Assembly: GCF_036321535.1 (NCBI RefSeq)
Contig: NC_087436.1
Coordinates: 113,524,001 to 113,588,000 of the forward strand
From: Camelus dromedarius
Taxonomy: Eukaryota
DNA: 64,000 bases
Reading direction: 5' to 3'
Program-made: the position numbers and the translations under genes
Part shown: positions 1 to 10,915 of the stretch, in pieces
Position numbering within the stretch: the first letter of the stretch is position 1
How the letters are laid out: every line of letters begins with the position of its first letter
Notes under the pieces: generated by a model
Seen by the model: only the letters and a program-made list of their open reading frames with translations
The model's database searches: none
What the model was told of the DNA's origin: nothing

Positions 1-1191
1 GCAAGGAAACTTGCTCCAGGCAAGATAATTAAAGGCAGTAAAAGCATGATAACCAGGCCTAAGATTCCATGACCTGAGATTTTTTTCCACTGCGTTATGC
101 TGAGGAAGATGTGGTTCTCAAGCCGGAAGAGCTTAAGTCTGGCTGTGATGTGACTTTCCTAGGGTAGAGATCAGTGGCTGTGTAAGAGACATCTTATCTG
201 CTGAATGCCCCACCCAAGGTGGACTCCTAGGGTGCGATGGGAAGCCAGAAACAGGACCAGCATTTTCAATTGTCAGAAGGCTTCACCAGACAGGTGGGTG
301 TGAACTAAATTACAGAGGGTACAAAGGGCTTACACAAGTACAGGGAGAAGGAAAGGCTGTTCTGAACAGGTTTCTCACCAGAGTAGCGCTGGCAGAGGGT
401 TAGTCCTCGGTAAGTCAGGGGGCCTGGAAATGGATCCCTTTGGCTGAAGCAGAGAATCTGGGGACAGGAGAGGGGTATTGGGGAAAGTGCAAAGGGCTGG
501 GAATTGGGGTGGGGGGAGTGGGATCCAGGAGGCTCTTCCATGCTGGACTGAGAAGCTGGGGCTACAGCTGGTGGATGGGCTGAGAGAGGCTTGTCACCTT
601 CTGGCCAAGAGGTAGTCTGATTCCATTGTTGTTTGGCAAGGGGCTGGGGGAGTATGCAAACCTCAGGGTGGGGCTGAGCAGGGGGAGGGGGCAAGTCTGG
701 AAAGCCCAGGAAGGATGCTTTTGCAATAGTCCTGACAGGAGACAAGAGTGGTGACTGTGTAATTGCAAAGCGAAGGGCTGATCCCACAGGCATTTCAAGC
801 CACCTTGGGCTATAATTTGCTTTTTAATGACACTGCTGAGCTTGCTGTTACTGATGTCTGGGGGCCTCAGAGGTGCTTTAGAGTCACCCCCTGGGTGGCC
901 AGCAGCCTGTGTGTGGCACTTAAAGACCTTGGGCCAGGGTCAGGATCTCCAGGCTCAGGACAGGCCCTGCCCCCTGGGGGCAGGGCAGCCTCGGGCGACC
1001 CTTGCACTTCCTGGGCTGGTTTTCTGTGATTGATTCATCTCATCCAGACAGTCAAATGGGGTTTTAGCATAGAAACCCGCTTCCAGGGCCTTCGGAATGC
1101 CTACTGTGTGCGAAGAGCCTGCCCCCCACTGCCCTCCCAAGGAGATTCCCCAGCAGGGCTGCCTCTAACCGCTGCTTCTGCCTGTGTCAAA

Positions 1192-1195
<4 letters not shown>

Positions 1196-1245
<50 letters not shown>
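1196..1245 (+). repeat. (GT)25 microsatellite
   Basis: Perfect GT dinucleotide run read directly. Confidence 0.98.
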
Positions 1246-1247
<2 letters not shown>

Positions 1248-1843
1248 AAGACTGCACTTGACGGCCAGGGGAGAGACAGGGGCATCTGGTGAGCACCCTG
1301 GCCACCTCGGAGGTGAGTCAGTTTACATGAAAGCACCTGGAAGCGCCCTCTCGGTGCTGATTCAGGCTCCACCTGCTCTTCAGGTCCTCATCCTGCACCA
1401 GGACACCCAGCTGTTCAAAACCAGCCAGAGGCCTCCATGGCTTTTAGCCAGGAAGGAAAGGACTTAGAACCTCCAAGGACTCAATCAGAGGGGACCTTAG
1501 GAAGAACATCAAGCACATACACAGAGGAACTTAACGGAATCCAACCAAAGTCGGTCTGAGGGAATTCATCTATTTTTTTTTTTAACATTCCTTCATTCAT
1601 TCACTTACACCTTTGCTGGGCATTTTATGAGTGCCCACTCACTATGAACGTTTACTTGGGTGTTGAATGGATTTTCAGCTCCTTGTGAGTGTAGCTTGCT
1701 CATTCAGGCATCCCTGGGGCCGCCACAGACTGCTCTGCAGGGCATCTCTGCTGGAGGAGTTGGGCCGGAGTCCAGCCTCAGCTCTGCTTCCTCTGGGCTG
1801 CTTCCATCAGGAGGAACAGCCAGGACAAGGCGGCGACTTTTTT

Positions 1844-2390
1844 GAATTTATTTTTTATTAAAGTGTAGTTGATTTACAATGTCAGCTTCAGGTATACAGC
1901 AAAGCAATTTAATTATACATATACATACACATACATATATATTTTCTTTTCAGATTCTTTTCCATTATATGTTATTGCAGGAAATCAAATATAGTTCCCT
2001 GTGCTGTACAGTAGGCCCTTGTTGTTTATCTTTTTTATATATAGTAGTGTGTATCTGTTAATCCCAAACTCCAAATTTATCCCTCCTCACCTTTCCCCTT
2101 TGGTAACCGTGGTTTGTTTTCTATGTTTGTGAGTCTATGTCTAGTTTGTAAGTAAAATTTATATCTTTTGTTAGATTCCACATATAAGTGATTACATATG
2201 ATATTTGCCTTTCTCTGTCTGATTTACGTCACTTAGAATGACGATCTGTAGGTCCATCCATGTTGCTGCAAATGGCATTATTTCATTCTTTTTTATGGCT
2301 GAGTAATGTATGTATGTATATGGATATATACACCACATCTTCTTTACTCATTTACCCGTCAGCAGACATTTAGGTTCTTGGCTATTGTGA
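1844..2390 (-). mobile_element. 5'-truncated L1 (cetartiodactyl-type 3' UTR)
   Basis: T-rich tail, then typical L1 3'UTR antisense text (tatagttccctgtgctgtacagtagg, ttagattccacatataagtga, ggtccatccatgttgctgcaaatggcattatttcattc). Degenerate 12-bp TSD: ggcgactttttt (1832-1843) / ggcaacttcttt (2391-2402). Confidence 0.9.
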
Positions 2391-2574
2391 GGCAACTTCT
2401 TTCAATAAGCACAAAGACACTGTTTGTGTGTTGAGCTGTGACCTGAGGAGGAGCCGTGTGCTCCCAGAGGACGTGCCTTTTCTAACAGCTCAGCTCAGAG
2501 AAGCGGCTTTCTAAACTGCGCGTGTGTGCTCTTTGCACTGTGGTCTAAGGTAGAGCTATCTAGCACTGTTTTGT

Positions 2575-2900
2575 CCATTTGTTTGTTTTTTGGAAACATT
2601 GATTGGGCACTAACTGTGTCCTGGGTGTGGTGTTCCATCCTGCCCCATCATACAAAGCTAAATAGGGCAAAATACTGACTTCCAGGTGAGTGTATGATAA
2701 AAACACACGCACAGGAAGAAGGGGCACCTCCTCCACTCGGGACTGAGGGAAGCCTTCCAGGAAGCAACTTCTGGTTAAGTGTTGAAAGATGAGTAGGTTT
2801 GCTGAGGAGGAGAAGTGTGGGAACGTGTTCCAGCTCAAGACCAGAGACCTGTGTGGACAAGATGAACGTGGGAGAACTTCAAGTTGTGTAGGTGTGATAG
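2575..2900 (-). mobile_element. L2 3' fragment
   Basis: aaacattgattgggcactaactgtgtcctgg matches the antisense L2 terminus; downstream agggaagccttccaggaag-type L2 text. Confidence 0.6.
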
Positions 2901-3934
2901 GAACCAGCACTTAGACGCCGGTTAGATGAGTTCTTATCCAGGAAGTCTCCCAGAATCCCTACAGAAGGAGAGACTCACTGTCTCTCTTCTTACAGCCTCT
3001 GGGCTTGTTATCAGCTTCCATTACTGTAGGTACCACTCGGCGCTGCAAACATTTGTAATATGTACGTCTCTATGACAGACCAGAGGCTTACCGAGACCAG
3101 AGTCTTTGTGTCTCCTTTATTTTTGTTTCCTTAGTAAATAGTAAAGAAAATAGAGTAGATGCATCATGTACATTTGCTAAAGTAAATTCACACATGGAGA
3201 AGGTGCCTTCCTCTTAGAGCTGGTCTTGAAGGACTAATTAATTATATCTATAACATTTAAGGGGCCTCTAAAATCTTTCTGAAATTTTCTTACATAATAA
3301 CCATTTTTGCCTAATCATATGAGCCTGTATTTACATATATGCTTATGTGGATATTATACATACACTGAAAGAATTCATATTAAACTTCAGTGACTTCTCG
3401 GGAGTGGAAAGAAAAGTTGGGGGATGGGTACTTTTTCAGGACCATTGAGTATGGCTGTCCATGTTGTGCACTGCACAACTATAGGGACTATTCCTTTAGA
3501 TATGGATTTGTACTTCATAAATTTAAACAAAGAATAACAAATACAGAGAAATTATGACATTGCCAGTAGTTTTTACTTTCTTTTCAGGATTTTTCTGTAC
3601 TTTTCCAAAATGTCCAAAGTGGGTTGACATGGCTTTCATATTCAAAAATTGTTAAGATGAATGAGTTGTGGACAATTTGAGAAACATTGGAAGTACAACA
3701 AAGAAAATGAAAATGACCCACGATTTACCAATCAGAGAAAACTACAATTAACATTTTACTTCATAAAGTTTGTTTTCTAATTTTTTTATTTTAAAATGAT
3801 ACTTGTTCCTTGAATAATTCCAAACTATACAAAGAAGAAAATCAAAATCATTTCTAACTCACCATCCAGAGATAACCCACCATTAACATTTTGTGCATTT
3901 TCTTCCAACCTTTCTTTCTGTATTAATTACAATC

Positions 3935-4140
3935 ATATCCCCCATTTGCTGAGGGCTTAATCTGAGCCAGGCAATGTGCTAAGTGCTTGCCAGACATTGT
4001 CTCATTTAATTCCCATGGAAGCCTGGGGTGGGAATTGTCAGCCCCATTGCACAGAAGATACAAACCAAAGGTTAAGAAACTTAAATCAGTTTCCACTTGA
4101 ACCTAACATCGCCTAACTCCAAAGCTAACGTTCTTAGTGA
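3935..4140 (-). mobile_element. MIR SINE
   Basis: gccaggcaatgtgctaagtgctt...tctcatttaattccc...ccccattgcacagaaga is the antisense MIR core. Confidence 0.75.
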
Positions 4141-4839
4141 TTTTCTACACACCTTCAAAATCACGTGTGCAGTTACGTGCACACACATCCCCCTACGTAC
4201 ACAGGCTGCACATACATAAGGACACAGACACAGACACACACACAGCCACAAGCTGTGATTGTGTTGTCTTTTATTTTTTATTTAATACTATATGGTGAGC
4301 ATTTTACAATGTCATGTAAAAACTTTCAGAAGGTGGCTTGGTAAACTTGGCCTTTTTAAGTTAAAGTGTAAGCAAATCAGTCTTGAAGCTGTAATCTCTG
4401 GAGATGACTGGACTTGGTCCTCAGGCCTTCAGATCTACTACACACCCGGTCCTCATGATCCCACCTCCTGGCCGCCTCCCCCCGGCTTTTTTCCTTCCCA
4501 TTCTGCTGCCTCAAGCTAAGGGCAGGGGAAGAGAGCAGGCTGTGGTCACTGGACTGAGAAGCTGTCAGAGCAAACTAACTGCCCAGATGCCTGTACTTTA
4601 GGACAGTACCTCCCATGAGCATTGCTTCACAGTCTCAAAGCCTTTCTTAAGTGTGCGCGTGTGTGTGTGTGTTTCACATGAATAATCTTCTATGGCTGAG
4701 AAGGCATTTTTCAAATCAAGAAATTTATGGACAGGTTAAGCAATCAGGATAATAGAAAATCTTCAGCAAGGGTTGCAACAAAAAAATAGGGCATAGAACA
4801 CCAGACTTTTAGTTGAATGCAAACTGTTCACATCTAAAG

Positions 4840-5016
4840 TGGGACAGATCACTGCGGGCTTCCTCAGCGCCAATATATGCTAATGGTGGGTACTGAGATT
4901 TCCCGGGGGCTCAGCGTATACAGTGATTTCCAAACTTCTCTTGACTGAGTACCTGTTGGGGTGGAGGCAACTTTCTTAGTTGACTCTTGTTCTGTAACTC
5001 AGTTTGAGAAATACTG
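4840..5016 (-). mobile_element. MER103C-like hAT-Charlie DNA transposon fragment
   Basis: actgcgggcttcctcagcgccaatatatgctaatg...cagtgatttccaaacttctcttgac...tttgagaaatactg resembles MER103C with a hAT-type terminus. Confidence 0.6.
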
Positions 5017-5075
5017 TTGTATAGTTTTTTCTGTATAATGTTAATTCAGTCATTTAATTTCATTCAAGAACTAAC

Positions 5076-5260
5076 TAGTTCCTTGCTACGCAAAGCCTGG
5101 TCTGTGGACCGGTGGCATCAGCAATCTTCTAGGAACTCTGTAGAATCTGCACTCCTTCTGCCCCCACCCTTCCCCCAAGTCTACAGATTTGGAATCTACA
5201 CGTTAATAAAATTCCCCAGTCACACACAGGTGTAGTAAAATTTGAGACTGAGGCACTGCT
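5076..5260. mobile_element. MER5A1-like hAT-Charlie MITE
   Basis: gctacgcaaagcctggtctgtggaccggtggcatcagc...gaatctacacgttaataaaattccccag...aaatttgagactgaggcactg. Confidence 0.7.
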
Positions 5261-5559
5261 GTTAAGGACATGAAAGTTCTTAATGAAATGGGAGTCACCC
5301 TACAGAGTTGATTTAATGTCACGAAGTGTGTTTCATACACGTGTTCAGTTTAATGTATAGGAGCACAGGAAGTGGAAAATGCGCTTGAATACAGCCAGCA
5401 GTTGGGTGCGGATTCGGCAGGCATGGTCTGGTGTCTGCTCAACAGGGACTCCAAACAGCTGCAAGCTCCCAGGTTTCTCCTGAGTCCTTTTTCTTCTCCT
5501 TTTTAGGAGAGCACGCAGTCCCCTAGCATGTCCACATTTGGAACTGGAGCGACACACAG

Positions 5560-6130
5560 CCACGTCCCATTAGCTAATAGCGAGGCCCCTGGAGAGGGGT
5601 TTCAGCTGGGCACACACAGCGAAAGCCCCTTTAATGGCCCAGTCAGCTGTCAGGGCTGTAAACACATTTCTTCCCATTCAGAGCCATCCGCCCCTCTCTG
5701 TGACCTCTTGTGGCTCTCGGACCCTGGCCACGTGGCCCAGATGGCATAATCTGTCAGGCCAAAGCAGGTGACAGTGGGGCTTGCTGTTAGGTAATCAGTG
5801 ACTATAATTAGCTGGGTGGAAACATAATGGGACCAACTGCAGAGCTGGGGCCAGGGGAGCCCGTGATGGGTGGAGTAGCAACAAGAAAGAAAGGCTGGCT
5901 TCCTCCTCCTCCCCCTTCCTGCTTCCCCCTCTAACATGATGTTTCTAGCACATGGAGAGAGTGTGTGTGTGTGTACACACGTGTGCACATGGGGCCGGCA
6001 GGGCTTCATCCTCAATGAGGAAGATTAGGGCTGAGTCCCAGCAATTTAGTAAGTGAGCTTTTTGGCAGCTGATCAATTTTATTTCATATGGTTTGATTTG
6101 ATAATTAGTTGGCTACAAGAATCCTGTGGG
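5560..6130. promoter_or_regulatory. Candidate developmental enhancer (repeat-free motif cluster)
   Basis: Three TGACAG/CTGTCA sites (5647, 5751, 5769), E-boxes (GGCCACGTGGCC 5726-5737, CAGATGG 5738), TGTAAACA 5657, TAATTA 5805. Motif evidence only. Confidence 0.4.
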
Positions 6131-6149
6131 ACCAAGGGTGTGGGAGGAT

Positions 6150-6365
6150 TAGACATGCTTCTTGGGGGTCAGACACATAGGTCAGACCTGGCTCTGCCAC
6201 CCAGCAGCCAGGCGACGGCAGGTGGTCCACTAGGCTCCCTCTGTCTCTAACAGTAGAGATCATTCTGCTCCCCTCTCATGCGCCCCTCATTGGGACAAAT
6301 TAAATATCGCCATCAATCCCTCCTGAAACACACCTGGCACACAGTAGGTCCTCCCACAATATTGC
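6150..6365 (+). mobile_element. MIR SINE
   Basis: gtcagacacataggtcagacctggctctgccac...cctggcacacagtaggt. Confidence 0.65.
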
Positions 6366-6379
6366 TTTCTTCTTTCCTC

Positions 6380-6790
6380 AGTAGGTAAGACTGTACATGA
6401 TGGCAATAAAACAGAACCAGCCAACTAAAAAGTCATGCTGGCAACTTACTGAATAAGGTCCCTTTGATAACGGGGGGTGGGGTGGGGAAGGGCGGGGAGG
6501 GGCGGGGGGCAGAGGGGAGGAAGTTGTTTATCACAAAGCAGTTAAGTGAGGTTGGCTTTGCTTGTAAACTTTTATCAGGAGAACAGTCCCCGCATTTTCC
6601 AAATCAAAATGAAAGCAATGGGGGAGGGCAGCCAACGAATAAACATTGAAGCATTGTTTCTTGTTTGTCGTTGGGCTGCAGGCAGTTGATGGCTGTTTTC
6701 TAACACAGCGCGTATTGTCAGTTCTCCGGAAACATTGTTGAAGCTTGTTCAGTTTGGGTTCTTTGAAGGTCTAAAGTAAAACTTCTCCCT
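6380..6790. promoter_or_regulatory. Candidate enhancer with G-quadruplex/GC-box core
   Basis: CCTTTGAT 6461, eight G-runs 6472-6517 including two GGGCGGGG, GAGGAAGT, and FOX-, SOX- and GATA-like motifs; no repeat recognised. Confidence 0.45.
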
Positions 6791-7141
6791 GTCATCTCTC
6801 CTTCCCCCTCCCCCAGAACTGTTTTCTTCTTTTCCTTCCCTTTATTAAAACTATAATATATCCCTAGAAAGGCAAAACGAAACTAAAAACCACCTGTAAT
6901 CCCAGAAATAACCAGTTAACAATTTGGTGTATATTCTTCTAGGTCCATCTAGACACAGGTATTTTATCATCAAAATGGGTCAGATTTGGTGTCTTGGAAC
7001 ATGATTCCCCTACCTCACACACACGCTTAATATAGCAGGAATTTTATCTTATGTCAATTGCATTTATATAACATTTTTTCCCAGACTTTTCTATAATAGT
7101 TTGACTCCATTTACAAAGAATTCAACCTATCTTTTTGCACT

Positions 7142-7335
7142 ATTTTTTTAAATTGAGATAATTCACATGCCATTAACATTCACCCTTTTAAAGTATACAA
7201 TTCAGTGGTTTTTAGTGTAGTCACAAGATTGGCAGCCATCACTGTTTTCTAATTCAGAAGCATTGCTCTCACTCCCGAAAGAAAGCTGGTCACTGCTTGC
7301 AGCGTCCCCTCCTTGCTCTCATTCCTGGCTAATGG
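7142..7335 (-). mobile_element. Old L1 (L1MB-type) 3' end
   Basis: aattgagataattcacatgccattaacattcacccttttaaagtatacaattcagtggtttttagtgtagtcaca is a characteristic L1MB antisense 3' terminus. Confidence 0.8.
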
Positions 7336-8894
7336 TGGCAACAGTACCGTTGAGATGCCATGGGTTCCTGATCCAGTCCCTCCCCATTGGAATCAGATGT
7401 AAATTGCTTACAACTCTGTACGATTTCAAAAAAGACTGTAATGATCCGTCTGTGAAATTTTGGTTGAATTAAATCATGTTTTTGAGCTGTGTCAGAGTTC
7501 ATACACACATGCTGTTTTAATTTGAAACGGAGTGTTACATTTCTGGATGATGTGGCTGAGGGAAAATTTAGAATTCAAACAAACCTCTAAATCTGCAGAA
7601 TTATAAACATTCTTTGGGGATTTCCCGAGTGTGGTCATTGCAAAATTGCTTTTGCAAATACTACTGGTGGAGTTTGCCAGACGTTAGAAGTTGTGAAATT
7701 ATATTACTCTGCAGTTTTGCAGTGGAGGTCAATTCCTGACTCCTCCTGCTGGAGTGACAGTCAAAACTGGGTTTTGTGTCTCTCTGAACAGCATTAGGAC
7801 CTTGTAGAAAGAAGGGCAGGCAGAGGGGTGTGGGGTGGAAACCAATTCTGTTCATAGATTCTAGGAGTGATTTTTAAAATTTGACTTTTAAAAAATAGAC
7901 CTTGATCTGATATGAAAGGAAACTGGTAACAAATTTTAAAAACCTTGCATATATTTGCATATATTGACCATATTTAAAAATTCATTCCACTAACAATAAT
8001 TATTATAATAACTCCCATGAATTAGGAAGTCTTGAGACTGTGAGGACCAGGTGCTGTGCTAAGTGTTTCATATGCATTATTTCATTCAACAACCTTGTGA
8101 AATCATCCGAAGGGTTGTTTAAGAAATGGCGGTTGGGAGTATTATACAACCCAAATGGTGAGCAAACCACAAGCTGTTTTGCAGTCAGTTTGGCATGTCC
8201 TTTGTTCCTCGGCAATTTACCCCTTCCCAGTGCACCCAGAGTCACCCCCTGCAGCTGTTCCCCCCCAACTCAGTGACAAAGCCAAGTTCTGCAGATCTTC
8301 CCTGAGGTCTGATACCCAGAAATGAAGAGGGGGGCCTTGTGCCTTACTGGAAAGAGTGTGGTGGTTTGAGTGGTTCTGCCACTTATCCTACCTGGGGCAA
8401 GTTCCTTAACCACCTTACACAGATGCCTCAGTTGCCTTACCCGTGTAATGGGTGTAAGACTGTGTGCATTTGTGGTGATAGTCAAATAATTACATTAAAT
8501 GCAACTGATAAGTCCTCAAGGCTTCATGATGGCTCTGGCATAATTGGTCCCGCCTTGAAGTGACCGCACTGAGCCTGTCCCCTGAGGTCATTATAGATGA
8601 GGCAACCCCATCGTTTACATTTGGGAAAATGAGTCGCTGGAGAGTGGAAATGCTTGTCTAAAGTCCACTGCTTGCCAGCAGCAAAATCTTTACAGCGATT
8701 GTATAAAGTGATCTGCTTGGTTTCTGTTTGTTTGTCCAAGGCAAAGACTGCAGCATCTTAGTAAGCAAGTGTCAGAGGATAACACTCTATTTCTGTTCTC
8801 CATGCTCACAGGATTCCCATATTTAGCCCTTGGTCTCAGCCACAGCACAGGAATTACTGGTCTCCCTTGTGGTGTCTGACCCTGGGGTCTCCTG

Positions 8895-9250
8895 TGTATT
8901 TAACGCCCAGCGCGAATCAGGCACTGTGCTCTCAGCACATTCGAACAATCCTCCTGCCAAGGATCTAGTCTCACTCATTTTGCAGATGTGAAGCCAAAGG
9001 CAGGAAAAATAAGCCCTGCGTAAAGTTACAAGATACAAAGGGGTAGAATTTTGGAAAATCTCATTGTGATCAAGAACTCATTGTGTGACCGTAAACAAGT
9101 TCCTTAACCTCCTCTGTCACTGTTCTTTCTTCTGTAAAATGGAATAGTAATAGTGCCTACCTTAAAAGGGTGCACTGAGGGTTATTAACGCTTGGAAGGT
9201 GCTTGGAAAAACTCCAGGCACATAGTATGAACTCAATAAATGTCAGCCTT
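8895..9250. mobile_element. Two MIR SINEs head-to-head (minus ~8895-9050, plus ~9080-9250)
   Basis: caggcactgtgctc...cattttgcagatgtgaagcc (minus); tgtgtgaccgtaaacaagttccttaacctc...ctgtaaaatggaatagtaatagtgcctacc...ggcacatagtatgaactcaataaatg (plus). Confidence 0.8.
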
Positions 9251-10099
9251 TCACAAAACAAACAAAACAAAACATGATATGGTTTTGTCTGCTTCCAAAG
9301 GCCATATTATCTCTGCTATTCTATTCCTTGCTGCCCAAAAAGGGATCCGGGAACTGAATTCAGACTAAGAAACCCTGAGCAAGAGTCAGGATTGCAAGGC
9401 ATTCGAAAGCGTGGCCTAGTTAGGAAGCACACTCACTCACATACGCACACACGGCTACTTTTAATAGCTGGTAAGAGCCAGAGAAAATCCAATTACAGAT
9501 GAATCAATCGATTAAAAAGAAAGAGGGCAGAAGAAAGGAAAGCATGTTGGAGAGACACAGAGCCAAATTACAGCTGGATAATAGAATTAAGGGTCTGTAG
9601 AACAAACTGGGAGAAATAACAAAGGGCTTCGGGCTGGAGACTCATTCACAGCTCTGTAATGATTCCATTCCTTCTCTGCCCCTTGACTCCAAAGAGCAGT
9701 AACTGGGCCGGCACTCCACACCACTGGTCCCTTCGGAAAGAATTGTGCTAGGCAAATCATATTTTTGCAGAGAGGTGAACCACGTGTGGACTCTGTGACA
9801 AGAGGATTATGTTTGGGTTAAACAGAGGCTCACACTTAAGGATGAAAGCAGAGGGCCCAAGGATCACTGTCCGGGGATGGGAAGGCGAGAGCTATGTCTT
9901 TGGCAAAGATACAGCCTTCGTTCCTAAAGTTGTTTCCTAGGAAATCCTGTCTTTGCTCTCAGAGAAACATCTCATCATTAAGTAGAATTTCTCCTTTGCA
10001 TACAAACAAACAAAAAAACCCCATATGCATTTTTAACTTTATTTTCTATTTTGGGGGAGGAGGTGATGAGAGGGAGAGAGGGCTCTTAATCCAGCAACA

Positions 10100-10630
10100 G
10101 TCTCTACAGCTGTGTCTATTATTGGTGGGTTCTAGAATAACATCCGTTTCTGTATATTTATGGAAAGGCGTCCTTAACTAGGCCACATAAAGAGCCAGCG
10201 CATCTATAAATAAATTAAGGAGGCTGCAAGGCTCCGGCGGTGGCCCCTCTGGCTTGCGGCCTTGCTGGCCCTGCCGCACAGCTGTCGCCTTTGTGCGGGG
10301 CCAGGCCTGCTCCATTGTGGATGGGGTTGCCCCGCGGGCAGGGTGGTGCGTGCGGGGAGGGCGCACCTTCACCAGCCGGCCTCCAGGATTGACGTGTGCC
10401 AAGGGTGGGCTTTTCTGCCTCTGGAGGCCGGCTTCCCTGGGCTAGGAGCCTCCAGCCTCTGTCTCGGCCAGTGCAGGGGACCAGAGGCAGTCACTTCATG
10501 GAAGACAGCTGCACCTAGCCGGGGCTCAGGCTGGGCTGATAACAGATGGTGGTGTTTGGCTGGTCGGGTTAGGGGCGGCGGTGACAGGGCAAAAGGACAA
10601 CAGCAAAAAAATAACCCCAAATATGTAAGT
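10100..10630 (+). promoter_or_regulatory. Weak CpG-rich, promoter/enhancer-like element
   Basis: ATTGG 10121, CTATAAATAA 10204-10213 (TATA/MEF2), about 20 CpG counted by eye in 10195-10585, GTAAGT at 10625. Confidence 0.4.
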
Positions 10631-10915
10631 TTAAACAGAGCCAGGAGAGGGGGCACAGGAATGAGGGATGCTTTTCCAAGAGGTTGGGAGCCCAATCCTT
10701 TTTTCCCACCCTAGGATTGGTTCTCATCCTAGGCTGTGCCCTCCAGAACAGGCATCAGGCCCCGAGGCTCCAAAGTTCTACTGGCAGGATTTCCCCTGTG
10801 TACTCAGAGGGAAAAAAAAAGCTAGCTCTTTGCATTAGAGAAATTGGGCAAAAAGAGCTTCTATTTGCTTGGTGATCATTTCTGGATTTCCTGGGAGTAT
10901 TGTGTTGGAAAGGAC

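Noticed and set aside
305..793. 162-aa Pro/Ser/Gln-rich ORF on the minus strand
   Set aside because: Composition follows from G-run skew; no recognisable domain or exon structure.
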